Source: Camelus dromedarius (Eukaryota). Taken from it: 64,000 nucleotides of DNA. Positions 27,950-41,048 of this stretch are shown piece after piece. The stretch's first letter is position 1. The number at the start of each line of letters is the position of its first letter. The position numbers and the translations under genes were made by a program. A model generated the notes under the pieces. The model had not been told where the DNA came from, did no database searches, and was given only the letters and a program-made list of their open reading frames with translations. The stretch lies in assembly GCF_036321535.1 (NCBI RefSeq), contig NC_087436.1, positions 88,104,001-88,168,000 on the forward strand. Direction: 5' to 3'.

Positions 27950-28663
27950 TAAAATAAGATAGGTTAGAATTATATGCAAAATGTATCAAATTAAATTGGA
28001 TACTATAGTCTAATAAATTTCTAATTCTTAATGTAGTACTCATTTGAATAATTTTAATTTCTCTTTTATATTATGGGATTAATATAGTAGTGGGTGTATC
28101 TCCCACAGATAGGGTTCTATGTCTATAAAAAATTATTGATGTGGAATACAATGAGCTCCATGGAAGAAATATGTTATTTGCTATGTTTAATTTAATTTTT
28201 GTGGCCACTCTCCAATTAATCGTTCTTTCTTGCGCTCCCTACTTCTTGCCCACCTTACCCTCATACTGTACACATACACTATATAATTTAAAATAAGGCT
28301 TAAATTTTCCCCCCACATTTTTCCCCCTCAAAATAATTTTTCTATTGGGTTATCAAAAACAAGAATAAGGCTTGATAAAAATAACTGGAGAGGTTAATAA
28401 CTCACTTTTCTGAAAGCACTTAATCACTGTTCATATTCATCAGCCACCTCCAGGGCTCCGCTGGAGGAAAGAATTGTGCCACTCAGAGTCTTACATAAAA
28501 AGCAGGAGACCAAGTATAATTTTTCCATGTCATTTTTTCTGCTGGCTGAATAAAATGAGAAAGAGTTGAACAAAAAAAAAGACTTGAGTTTTGTGATTAA
28601 ATGCAATGAATATAAGCACTGTATAATTTTAATAAAAATATGGAGATATGGACAGTTAAATAA

Positions 28664-28891
<228 letters not shown>

Positions 28892-29096
28892 TAAAGAAAA
28901 CATTTCCCTTTTGAACTCAGAAATAGTAAGACTCCAATATTTTCTTTCCTTAAGCTCTAACAGAATTTAACCAAATAAGGATAATGATCACCGTGCATCT
29001 GTTGTACCTATTGCCTTAGGGAAAAAAAACAGTCAGCTACATGCCTGCAGCCTTGCCCTTTATATCCTATTTATGAACTGGTGTGAAAAGCTCTAA

Positions 29097-29303
<207 letters not shown>

Positions 29304-29328
29304 TGAAAGTACACTGATATTCAGCTTT

Positions 29329-29483
29329 ATTTGCTATTTTTTTTTCATTTTTTATGGAAGTGTAGTTAATTTACAATGTTAGTTTCAGGTGTACAGCAAA
29401 GTGAGTCATTTATACCTATACATACATACGTATGTTTTCTTTTCCATTATATGTTATTACAAGAAATTGAATATAGTTCCCTG
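29329..29483 (-). mobile_element. 5'-truncated L1 3'-end insertion with TSD
   Basis: ttttatggaagtgtagttaatttacaatgttagtttcaggtgtacagc; TSD ttcagcttt 29320-29328 / 29484-29492. Confidence 0.82.
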
Positions 29484-30385
29484 TTCAGCTTTGCCTTTAA
29501 TAGTGGAGTATGGTATCTATTCCTAATTATCATTAGAAATAGAAAACTAAGATCATATGGGTGATTTAAGTCTATAAATAATGTAAACTATTGAGAAGTG
29601 TATTGTAGGGGCTTATGTGTAATACCCCCTGCACTCACCTGTGTGTTGCCTCTGTGTGTGGGTATGTGAGTACTTACAAAAATTGTGTGGTGAGGGCCTT
29701 TGTGTGCATTTAACTACTTCTGTTCAGCAGGTAAGAATAGTGTGAGTCAAGTGTTTGAGAGTTAACTTACCAAGCATGGATATAAGATCATCCACTGATA
29801 GTAGGATGTAGTTCTTCACCCTCTTAACCAAGGGTTAAGACTGGGATTCAAGGAGATGCTGATTCTTCCGGAGTTTGAAGCAGTACTGGGGCTGGTAGGG
29901 ACCATCTTAGGAATTATAACCTAATGTCTTAATTAAGAAGAAAGTTGAGTAGTGTAGCTCTGTGTGTAGTAATGTCAAAAGAACCTTTAGCTTATATTCC
30001 ATATTTAATCTGTGATTAACCAAGATAGGTTTGAAGAACTTTTTTCATGTATACGTGTTTTTATATAGTCAGAGTTTTGAACTGGAAAAGTGGTAAATCT
30101 TCTTCAAGTAATTGTATGTTAAATTGCTGGAGTTATTTTCAGACTAGGCTACTAACCCACATCACTGGCATTCAACACAGGGAGTGTAAGGCCTTGTAAA
30201 GAGTTATAGATCTTTTATAAACATTTCTTGGAATTAGAAATTAGCATCTGAAAAACTTTGCAACATATATAGCTATATAACTTTTAAACTGGAATATTTC
30301 TTAGGAGAAGATTTTACTGTTTTAATTAGAGCTGAAATTTAGGGAACCCATAAAAATCTTAAATTGATGGATTGCATTCCTGCAG

Positions 30386-30554
30386 ATCCTGGAACCGAAG
30401 ATGTTTCGCTATGCTCACAAATTGGAGGTTCAGAGAACAGATGGAGTACTCAGCCAGCTGTCTCCTCTGCCACATCTGTATTCCGTTTCATATTATCAGT
30501 TGTCTGAGGAATTAGCACGGGCATATCCTGAGCTAACTCTCGCCATGTTCTCAG
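30386..30554 (+). CDS. FRYL: FRYL exon 20 ILEPKMFRYAHKLEVQ...ELTLAMFS
   Basis: ctgcag|ATC ... CAG|gtatga; 169 nt. Confidence 0.95.
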
Positions 30555-31493
30555 GTATGACCATTGAACTGGTTAGTAGTTTTTCTTTAACAATCATTTC
30601 TAAAAATCTACTTTTAGGAAATTTTAAATATATGAAATTTGAGGTTGAATTAATACAAAACGTGTGTATATAAGAGACTTTTTTCCCTTTAATATGAACT
30701 CTTAACACTGCTCTACCAAGATACTGAGATTTCCTGTTAAATCCTCACAGGGATTCTAACTTCAATCTCCATCCTCGGCTCCACCCCAGCGAAGGGTGGG
30801 GGAGTAGGAGGGGACTTCACAGGCAATTTTTTAAAATATTTCTGTAATAGACATAGGACTTCCTGAATCTTCTAGTATGTGGCTTATCTTATGTACTGGT
30901 CTGCCTTTAATAATAAAAATGAGAATGATTCCCTCTAATCATAGGGAAAGGTTCTTCACTGCCTTAAGTAAAACTGTCGCTAGGATCCCACGTTGCTTTT
31001 GGTCCAGTTTCCTTTCCTTGGGGCCAAAAAACATTCCTGCCAGGAGTTTCTAAAACATAGGGTCTGTGTGTCAGGCAAAATGTCCTATCTTCCTGGGTCT
31101 CCCAGGGCTCAGAGTTAGGACAATTTGGGATTCATCCAGCTTAACCTTCTGCCCAGGGAGCATTGTTGCAGATGCCCGCATAGTGCTTTATCCTTTAACT
31201 GAAAGGCTTTCATTATAACACAAAAGACACTCAGCTAGTTCTTCTGCTCTTCACCCGCAGCAAGATCTTGTTCTAGTCTGGGTACTAGAAGTGCGCCCAA
31301 ACTGGCCTCCAGCGGATAACAGTGTTCCGCTGTGGATCCTTTCATCTGGGCTTGAGACATCTTTATGCGTCTTTCCACAGTGCTTATTTCAGAGGTGGAG
31401 GTAGTTTGTTTCCTATCCCTAACTGACTGAGTTGGGGAAAAAAACAACAATTCAACTAACATTCAGTGTTTAAAGCAGCGCACCTGTTTGGTC

Positions 31494-31513
31494 TGCCCCA
31501 GTAGATGGCAGCA
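31494..31513 (+). promoter_or_regulatory. Candidate CTCF site
   Basis: CCAGTAGATGGCAGCA (31498-31513) fits CTCF core CCASYAGRKGGCRS. Confidence 0.6.
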
Positions 31514-32434
31514 ATCACGCCCCCTCCTCTCCCCAACTGCCCCTGTCTTGACAACCCTTTCAAGATGGACGTGGGTGGTCATCAACACAAAGTAGTGACC
31601 ACTGTGAGTGCTTATTTTGCTGCTGCTAGGCTTCTTCTGGAGGTTCCAGCACAGAAATCAGAGGGGCCCAGCTGGATCTCAGAGGTCATAGAATTGGTCA
31701 GGATGGCAGTGGGTGCTGCCTTGGCCCCAACTCCCGTGTGCATGTACTCTCCCCCGGCCAGGATCCCTTCATTCAACTGCTTTCAGAGTTCCTGGGCTAA
31801 TATTTCATACTCGTGGCAATTATATCAACCTACTCAATAGAAGGGGTTCTTGTAAAAAGTTAGAATTGAGCATAAATATGTGCAAGGCACTGGCCTGAGC
31901 AGTGTGTTTAATTTGCACAATAACTATGACACAACTACTTTTGTTACTTTCTTACAGAATAAGTTGAGAATCAGAGGTTGACAGGTAGACCCTGGGTCAA
32001 CCTGTATGTATGTGATAGAGCTGGGATTCAAACCCAGGTGTGTGTGATTCCAGAGCCAAGTTCCAAATCACTGCACTTCCATAGTCAGTCCTTCTAATGA
32101 GTAAATAGGTTTAAGACCTAGTGGGCAAAAGGGGGCTTGAGGAGAAAAAAAGATTTTTACTTAAAGTGGTTCATGGAAAGTAAACAATATATAAAAACTC
32201 ATGGGCTTTGGAATCAACCTTGCATTTTAAGCCTCTGCCACTTGATCATTGTCTGGCATTGGGTGGGTTGTTCAGACTGTCCACCTCATAGGTTTGTCAT
32301 GAGCATTAAGTGAGGTGAATGTTAAAGTAACAAGCACATCATAGACATTTCCCCTAGACAGAACCAAAATATGTGGGCTACTTCATTTAAATTAATCCAT
32401 GTATAAAGGTTGCTTTTTATGTTGCATTTATTTA

Positions 32435-33010
32435 TTACATTTATTTATTGTGGTAAAAAGCACAATTTACTGTATTAATCATTTTAACTGTACAGTTCAG
32501 TAGTGTTAAATATGAAACAGATTTCCAGAAATTTTTCATCCTACAAAACTGAAACTTTATACCCACTAAACCATAGCTCCCCTTTTCCCAAACTTCCTCC
32601 AGCCCTGGATTTGACTATGTTAGATACCTCATGGAAGTGAAATTATACAGTATTTGTGGCTTTATGACTGGCTTATTTCACTTAGCATAATGTCCTCAAA
32701 GTTCATCCATGTTGTAACAAGTAACAGGATTTCCTTCCTTTTTAAGGCTGCATTGTATTCTATCATATGTATATACCATATTATGTTTATTCATTCATCT
32801 GTCAATGGACTTTTGGATTGCTTCCATCTTTTGGCCATTGTGAATAGTGCTGCTATGAGCTTTATTGTGCAAATATCTCTTCAAGACCTTGCTTTCAGTT
32901 CTTTTGGTTATATACTCAGATGATATTTCTGTTTTTAATTTTTTGAGTAACGATTATGTTTTCCACAGCAGTCACACCATTTTACAATCCCACCGATAGT
33001 GTACAAACAT
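32435..33010 (-). mobile_element. Older L1 (L1MA/MB-like) 3'UTR fragment
   Basis: gactggcttatttcacttagcataatgtcctcaaagttcatccatgttg...gctgctatgagc. Confidence 0.85.
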
Positions 33011-33278
33011 TTATTTTTCTTAATCACCAAAGATATTTTATGTAAAAAGTAAGAATTTGATATGTGTTAGCTGTTATCTTTATGATGTCATTCAAGGTCA
33101 AATTTATTAAAAGGAGAAACAGTGCTCATAATTCTTAAATGTAATAAATAAAACCTGGCTTGCCATTCCTTAAGAATTAAACAATTAAATTTTAAATTTT
33201 TTAAGTTAATTTAATTACAAATCAGAGGAAACCAGAATTATATCAGTTGTTCTCTCTTTGACCTGTTTTTAATTACAG

Positions 33279-33538
33279 AGATAAGCCAGAGAATTCAGAC
33301 AGCTCACCCTGCTGGGAGGCAAGTAATGCTGCACTATCTGTTACCGTGGATGAACAACATCGAGCTGGTAGATTTAAAACCTTTGCCCACAGCAAGGCGA
33401 CATGATGAAGATGAAGATGATTCCCTAAAAGACCGAGAACTTATGGTGACCAGCAGGCGCTGGTTACGAGGAGAAGGCTGGGGATCCCCACAAGCCACCG
33501 CCATGGTTTTGAATAATCTGATGTACATGACGGCAAAG
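33279..33538 (+). CDS. FRYL: FRYL exon 21 ISQRIQTAHPAGRQVMLHYLLPW...LMYMTAK
   Basis: ttacag|AG ... AAG|gtaaaa; 260 nt. Confidence 0.95.
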
Positions 33539-33892
33539 GTAAAATGGGTTTTGTATTTGCAGTTGCTGCACAGAATTACTGAGTTAGGAGGAGTAAACAG
33601 GTTAGAAATAGATGGAAGAGGTTAGATAATGCTGTAATAATCAAACAAGTGTATGTTATAAATAAATTCCTTTCTTTAAAAAACTTCTCATTGGGATATA
33701 TATGTTTTGGAGGGAGGTACTAAAATCATGTGACTAATGATACTTCTGTTTAGATTTGTTGATTATTCCTCTAAAGTGTGGAAAAGATTAAAGCTGTCAG
33801 TGAAAACATTGTTTTCTAATATTTCATGATGTGACGAGTTTTGTACTGAATACAGTCGTTACTGAAGAGTGTCTTGTGTATCTTGCATCTAG

Positions 33893-34033
33893 TATGGTGA
33901 TGAGCTGGCCTGGTCGGAGGTGGAGAACGTGTGGACCACACTTGCAGATGGCTGGCCAAAAAACCTGAAAATCATTTTGCACTTTTTGATCAGCATTTGT
34001 GGAGTGAATAGTGAACCAAGCCTCTTGCCTTAT
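33893..34033 (+). CDS. FRYL: FRYL exon 22 YGDELAWSEVENVWTTLADGWPKN...SLLPY
   Basis: atctag|TAT ... TAT|gtatgt; 141 nt. Confidence 0.95.
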
Positions 34034-35574
34034 GTATGTGTTCAAGTTCATTTACTTTTTTTTTTTCTAAATATATACGTACACCCAGTGTCTTATGTCA
34101 GAGTCTGGGCAGCAGTAGACCAGCAGAGGCAAAGCAAGGGCCAGGATGAGGACAGTCAGGAACTAGCATGGATTTATTCGTTGATTCACTTAACAAGTAT
34201 CATCTGGCTTTACTATAGGCCAAGTGCTCTTCTGTGTTCTGGGCATTATAATCTGATGGATGATTCAGATTTTATTCTTTGAACCTGCATCTAATTTATT
34301 TAATGAATAAGTTAGTAGGTTAATGAAGTACAGTCATGGTAAAGACCACGAAGGAAAACTGCAGAATCCTGAGAGTGAATAACCTTGGAAGCACCTCTGT
34401 CTGTGGCATTAGAGATGATAGGGAGCAGATACCACAGAATTGAGGATGTTGATAGTCTTTTTTAATCAGGAGCTGGCATTGGGATATTAGAGCAGGATGG
34501 GAGGTGAGAGCTCAGTGCCGAGGTAATCATGTCCTGAGGCTTCTGGAAGCAAGGGAAGGCATGATGAGGGATATACAGAGAAGTGTATAACAACCTTGGC
34601 CTTCAAGGGGCAAACAATACTTAAATCTGCTCGAGTTAAGGTTACAATATGAAAGTATCAACCATGAGGGTTAAATTGAATATACGCGCATGCACACAAA
34701 CACACATGTGCATTTGTAGCTGTAATTATCAGTCACGTAGTAGCATCTCCATGGTAGTATTCCCAGGAGACTACCTCTGCAGTGTTGCCCTGGAAGTTCT
34801 TACAGATCCTCCTTTAAAGGAACCATTGAATAGCTTTGCTTTACACAGCATTTCCTGAGTTAACTTGATGACAGAAAGCATTGTTCTGAAGGCATGTCAC
34901 AGGATTAATCTTCATTGAGAAGCATTGAGAGAAAAGTGTGTGTATGGTACAAAGCAACATGATGCCACGTGACCTCTCTGACCACATGACCTCATTTTCT
35001 CCCTCAGGCCCCCTGCCCTCCAGCCACACCATCCCCATCACTGTCCTGCTCTCACACCAGGCAGCCCCCCCGGAGGCCCCATCGCTTACTTTCTTTTCGC
35101 TCCCCAACCCGACAGCCAAGTTGCTCACTCCAGCATCGCCTTCAGGTCTTTTCCTCAAATGTCAATTCTCCTTGACACCTTTGCTGGTCGTCTTGTCTAA
35201 GGCTGCAAACGCCCGCCCCTACACTTTAGCTCTTCTTTTCTCTCCCTATTTTGTTGATTTTCCTAGCACTTATCATCAAACTGATTATATATTTTCCTTA
35301 TTTGCCTCATTACTTTTGCCTCAGTAAATCCAATAAAGTGTGAGCTCCTTAACAGGAGGAATTTTTGTCTGTTTGGCTCATTCCCACCTTGCCAGAGCCT
35401 GGAATAGAGCCTGACACATGGAAGGTGCCCTTAAACTGGATGGGTGAACAAGTGAGTTGGGGCTGGCACTAGAAGCAGGCACAAAGTTATAATTCCAAGA
35501 AGCCAAGATGAAATTCAGGGAAGAGCCTTTTGCCAGAAATTTTGAAAGAGCTATTTTTAATGACAATAATAATA

Positions 35575-35800
35575 ATTTCTCAATTGTCATTTCTTAAGCA
35601 CTTGTTACAGGCCAGGCATGGTGCAAATGGTTCATCTACATTATTTAATTTTCAGAAGAAATCTGTGAGTTTGGTAAGATAACTGCAGTTTTACAGATGA
35701 ATAAAATAAGACAGAGAAAAGAGTGATTCCCTCAAAGTCATACAGCCATTAGCTCTATCGCTTAACGGAGCTGAAAGTCCAACCCAGATCTGTTAGTGAA
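35575..35800 (-). mobile_element. MIR SINE relic
   Basis: ttaagcacttgttacaggccaggcatggtgc...gttttacagatgaataaaataagacagaga. Confidence 0.7.
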
Positions 35801-36089
35801 AAGTCATTGGAAGCTTCTTGGGCAGGCAGTGCAGCTGGAGTCGGGGTGGGGCTTGAAGACTTGATGGGATGAGGGTCAAGGGTGTCAACTCAGAGGTCCT
35901 CACAGAGCAAAGGCACAGAGGCAGAAATGCACTGGTGTGGTCAGAGGGGACTGAACCTCAGATCAGAAAATTAGCACATGGAGCAGGTCGTGTCGATCAA
36001 GAACTGTGTGTGGTTCAGGAATCATTAGATGACCGTTGTCAGATTTTATAAAGTATGTTTTAAGATCTGTCCAGGGGTCATCTAAAGGA

Positions 36090-36243
36090 GAGCTGCTCCC
36101 ACGTCTGTGTGCATGTGAATCATCTGAGGATCTCGTTCTGGTTCTGATTCTGGAGGTAGGGGTGGCGCCTGAGAGTCCATATTTCTAGCAAGCTCCAGAT
36201 GATGATGGCTGTTCTTCGAGGACTGCATTTTGAGTAGTAAGGA
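36090..36243. mobile_element. MER5-like hAT-Charlie element
   Basis: gaatcatctgaggatctcg...cctgagagtccatatttctagcaagctccagatgatg...ttttgagtagtaagg. Confidence 0.65.
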
Positions 36244-37041
36244 TTAAAGTAGGGAGGAAAAAAGAGATCACTTACTAACCAATCAGCCTATTCCAACAAT
36301 ATTATTAAATTATTAAATATTACTAAAACGTACATAGAAAGTATTCTACTGAAATGTTCTCACAAATTTAACTTATACTATGTACTAGGCATTTTTAAAG
36401 TGTTTTGTATATTTTGATTTACTTAATCTCAACAACTGTATGAAGTAGGTGCTGTTGGGCTCAGTTGCAGAAGAGAAAATTGAGGGGAACTTTCCAGGTC
36501 ACACAGCTAGTAAGAGTTCTGTCTACACTGCAGTCCAGGCTGTGTCGCTGGAGATCTAGTTTTGTTCTAGATCCTCACTCTTAATCACCGCTTTGTGCCA
36601 CTGGTTGAATATAGAGAATGCGGAAGGCAGAATAAAAGACAAATCCAGGGTTTTAAAGATGAGTTAATAAAAATATGAGGGAAAACTTAGAATGGTATCA
36701 GTTGAAAGCTTTTCCATTGAAACAGAAACTGATTTATAGGAAGGCAAATTATCTTTTGCTCTTCAAAAAAAAAAAAAGGAAAAAGGAAGGTAGATAACTT
36801 TATGGAAACCACTGAACATATTCAGGTCACCCTAATTAGGTATAATGTTGAGGGTGAGAGGACAGAACAGTATTTATAAAACTAATTAATGTCTGATTGC
36901 TGATCAGTGTCTGTTCAAATTTAGATTGTGCTGATTCACCAACCACTTAGAGTTGAACTTACTCTGATAAAATGTGTCTCAAGACAAGTTTGTGAGATAA
37001 AATTTTGCTTTTTCTTTTCTGAACGATTTCTTTTATGACAG

Positions 37042-37210
37042 GTGAAGAAAGTTATTGTCTATTTAGGTAGAGACAAAACAATGCAATTGCTCGAAGAACT
37101 GGTGAGTGAGCTACAGCTGACCGATCCTGTCAGTTCTGGGGTCACTCACATGGATAACCCCCCGTATTACCGCATCACTTCCAGCTACAAAATCCCTTCT
37201 GTCACCTCAG
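37042..37210 (+). CDS. FRYL: FRYL exon 23 VKKVIVYLGRDKTMQLLEELVSE...IPSVTS
   Basis: tgacag|GTG ... CAG|gtgaga; 169 nt. Confidence 0.95.
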
Positions 37211-38034
37211 GTGAGAAGTTGTTCACAGCTGATAACTTTGTGTCAACAGAGAAGCTTCACATAATTGTTCATTTTAGCGAGCATTTGTTTGCTTTAAACA
37301 TCATCATAAAGAAAAGCTAACAGGGATCGTGTACCCAATTAACTTGGCAAAACCTTTCAAATCTTCATGTGAGCAAAGAAGTTCAACAGTGTAAGGATTC
37401 ATAATATGATAGAGGGAAATATATTTATGTACTTGTTCAGAACCAGAATGTAATTTACATATTCCTATACAACAAATGCTTTTTTTAATGACTATAATTA
37501 GTATGTAAATTTAAAAATGCTCACTTATTGAAATGACTGTAATACTGTAATTATTTGGGCTAGTATTATACATAGTATCCAATCATGTGAGTGTATATTC
37601 TTCTGTGTGTACACATATAATTATTGTGGTATTCTGAGTTGAAGAAACTACATCCCTGAGGGAGTAACTTCATCTGAAAATCAGTGCAATATCTGGGCTG
37701 TTCTAGATTAAATTTCTGTGAAATTATATGTCACTCAGTTTATGTTCAATGTTTTTGTCATGTTAATAACATCTGTATAATTAGAAATCTTTTATACTAT
37801 ATCTTTATGATCTATTTTTGTCATCTCTTTTCACTTTTTTGTTACACTTTCTACGAGATTTCTAATAATGCTTCTATTGAATTTTTCATATCTGCTGGAA
37901 TGTTTTTAATTCCAGAGTATTTTTTTAATTAGAATATTTTTAGAAGTGTCTTATTCATGTTTCATGGTTAGACTATCTTTTTCTATATTTGATAAAGTTT
38001 TCTTCTCCCAACTAAAGTTCCTATTTTCTTTTGC

Positions 38035-38058
38035 GTGTGTGTGTGTGTGTGTGTGTGT
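38035..38058. repeat. (GT)n microsatellite
   Basis: Direct reading. Confidence 0.95.
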
Positions 38059-38061
38059 ATC

Positions 38062-38240
38062 TTTTTTTTAAATTGAAATATAGTTGATTTACAATGTTGT
38101 GTTAGTTTCTGGTGTACAGTAAAGGGATTCAGTTATACATATATATTCTTCCTTATATTGTTCTTTATTATGGTTGATTATAGGATATTGATATTGAATG
38201 CAGTTCTCTGTGTTATATAGCAGGACCTTGTTATTTATCT
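38062..38240 (-). mobile_element. 5'-truncated L1 3'-end insertion with TSD
   Basis: aattgaaatatagttgatttacaatgttg; TSD cctattttcttt 38020-38031 / cctgttttcttt 38242-38253. Confidence 0.85.
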
Positions 38241-39193
38241 CCCTGTTTTCTTTATGTTGCTGTTTGTTTTTGTCTTGTAAAAGCTTTCCTCAAAAGCTTA
38301 CCAGTTCTAGACCTGTCTTTTCAGAAACAATGGTATGCATATTAAAAAGTTGATTGGCTGCTCTGTAGGTATATGTGGGACTGGTTGATTTTGTCCTTTG
38401 TTGTATGATGATATTATTGATGTAAGGGTCTATAGGTCTTTCTCTTGCACTAATCAGATTCCCCAGAGAAAACTCTTCTACTCATCTGCCAAGAGTAGAG
38501 GGTGTAGGGGTGTGTGTGTGTGTGTGTACAGATATAATCTGTAGATACACACACTACACAGACACAGTCTTCAAGCCTTCTGGGATAAGAAGGTTATAGG
38601 AGGGGTCCAATCTCAAATTTAAGTATGTATGTATATTTTCACTTAGTCCCTGTATTCTCAGTCAAGTACTTCCTCCTTCACTCTTGTATGGTGTGCCCTA
38701 GTCCAGAACTCTTCTGATTTAATCTCATCAAAAAAGACTTCTAGAGGTGAGGAAAGACAGCTACCCAGCTTTAGTTATAAGAGGCAGAGGGGTAGATCTT
38801 GGGGACCAGCTACTTCTGAAGTTGATTTTCAAACAATCCTACTATTGTTAGCGCCTCCTTCAACCCCTACTTCCAGAGGTACTTGATGCCACAATTCCTG
38901 AGCCTCTTGGAGTTTCAACAATACAGATATAGAGGCTCCTTGGTTTCCTTCACCGACAGCTCTGGATCCAGTCTTCTTAACACTTAAGTACTTCTTGTCC
39001 ATTTGTTTTCCAGGATCCGTAATCTTGTTGCTGTTGTCTCCTTTCCCTGTTGGTCATTAAGAGTACGAATCTTTTTTAAAAATCACCTTCTTCTCATTTT
39101 AGTGAAGTTTTGACATCTGTAATTTGCAATCTTCTGTTCTTATTGAGCCACCACAGGCCTTATATTCAGATACTGTTTTATTTCTGATTGCAG

Positions 39194-39278
39194 GAACTAC
39201 TTCTAGTAGCAATACGATGGTAGCTCCCACAGATGGCAACCTCGATAATAAGCCCATAAAAGAGAGCATTGAAGAGAA
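39194..39278 (+). CDS. FRYL: FRYL exon 24 TTSSSNTMVAPTDGNLDNKPIKESIEE
   Basis: ttgcag|GA ... GAA|gtaagt; 85 nt. Confidence 0.93.
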
Positions 39279-39731
39279 GTAAGTACTGCTCTGTTCTTCC
39301 TTAGCCTTTCAGTCTGACATGTACTGATTATCATCAGAGTAACTGATGAGTCCTGCACTGGAATGTGTATTTCCATTGTGTTAAAATTCTAGGGAAGAAA
39401 TATGTATTTCTGTATTGAAAATTTCCATGTTGACCATTTTAACGTTAAAGATGCTGACATGCTAGATTTTTTAATATGCACTGGTGGATGAATAGGTGGA
39501 GCATGGTCAGTCACTTTATGTGTGGCTACATTTTTTAACTTTTCTAAATGTATATTTACTCCGCCTGTTTCGTATGAAATAGATTTCACCAGCACATTGT
39601 TACCAGAACAGTTTAAGAAAAGTCTTCACGTAGAAATAATTGACTTCAAAGCTTAAGCCTTTGAAATGTAAGGTGGAAATTAGTATATATCATAGTAAAC
39701 TTTAGTTAGTATTTTGTGTGCTGTGTTCTTT

Positions 39732-39757
39732 TTTAAACATGTTTAAACATGTTTAAA
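39732..39757. repeat. 26-bp perfect palindrome / tandem TTTAAACATG repeat
   Basis: TTTAAACATGTTTAAACATGTTTAAA equals its own reverse complement. Confidence 0.9.
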
Positions 39758-39825
39758 CGTAAAACATGAAGTACAGATACTATTTTACCATGAACTGTGA
39801 CTAACTTCGATGATCATTCCCATAG

Positions 39826-39938
39826 CTATGTGCACCTAGACATCTACAGTGGACTAAACAGTCATTTAAACCGTCAACATCACAGACTAGAGTCCCGATA
39901 CAGTAGCAGCTCTGGAGGATCTTATGAAGAAGAAAAAA
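39826..39938 (+). CDS. FRYL: FRYL exon 25 YVHLDIYSGLNSHLNRQHHRLESRYSSSSGGSYEEEK
   Basis: ccatag|C ... AAA|gtaata; 113 nt; GACTAAC branch motif upstream. Confidence 0.92.
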
Positions 39939-40897
39939 GTAATACATTCCAAATTTTTTTTTCAATAACAACAATGGCAAGGTGTATTGTAATTATATTA
40001 ATGTTAATTAACATATTCTTCCAGTAGATTGTTTTTAAGAAGAGTATTTAACTGCCACTAGTGGTGTTCCAACATAACATGAAATGTCTTAATTTAAATA
40101 AGCAACATAAGTGGGGGAATTATGTTTTAAAAGTGCAGGTTCCCTGTAGATAAATTGAAAGGAACATAAGAATTGGTTCTCAAGAAGCATCATAGAACAG
40201 ACGCTTGGCAGCAGGCTGCTTTTTTGAACAGGCTGGCTCTTTCTCCACGGATTCACATTTTACTAAAATGTCCTCCCTTGCAATTGCAGAATAAATAATC
40301 TGCCCCAGTCTCGCTGTAACACTAAGGCAGGGTGGAATAGAAACAGAAGCCTTCAGACTGGGAAGGGACCCTGGATGTGATCTGGTCCCATCTTCTCACT
40401 TTGCATATGATGGAACTGAGGTCCAGAGAGGTTAAGTGACTTACCCACGTCACACAGAACTCACATTTCCTGATGGCATTTTTTACTGCACCCTGCAGCC
40501 CTGCTGTGGTGGAGCAGATTTCCTTTGAGGATGGGTTTGCATTGGCCCTATCTCAGGAAATTTAGAACTGAGTAACTTACCAGAGGCCCTTGTTGCAAGG
40601 CAGCTTTTCCTTTCATGCGGTCTCATAGCTGGGACATCAATTACGGAATCATGATGAAGTGCTCATGTAGTTTGCTTTGATAAAAGGATGGAACCTGAAT
40701 TGTGATCTCTTCTTTCTCTCTGATTTGCTTACTCTGATGATATTTGTGCCCAGGTCTTCCTAGCAAACATATGTCAAAATAGTGGGAAATTCTTTTGCTC
40801 ACTTTCCAATGCTATAAATAGTTGGTGTCTTACTAGAGTTTGCTTATCTTAGCAGAAAGTAGATGGTGTAGACAATGAGATCATTTTATTTTGATAG

Positions 40898-41048
40898 GTG
40901 ATTCAATGCCACTTTATTCTAATTGGCGCCTGAAAGTGATGGAGCATAATCAAGGAGAGCCACTACCCTTCCCACCAGCTGGAGGCTGCTGGTCACCACT
41001 GGTGGATTACTTGCCTGAAACGTCATCACCTGGATTACCTCTTCACAG
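40898..41048 (+). CDS. FRYL: FRYL exon 26 DSMPLYSNWRLKVMEHNQGEPLPFPP...GLPLH
   Basis: tgatag|GT ... CAG|gtggac; 151 nt. Confidence 0.94.

Noticed and set aside
31505..31840. 111-aa intronic ORF (likewise 34938..35327, 11444..11755 and antisense ORFs over exons)
   Set aside because: No recognisable protein similarity or splice/promoter context; expected by chance in GC-richer or repeat DNA, or as shadows of FRYL codons.
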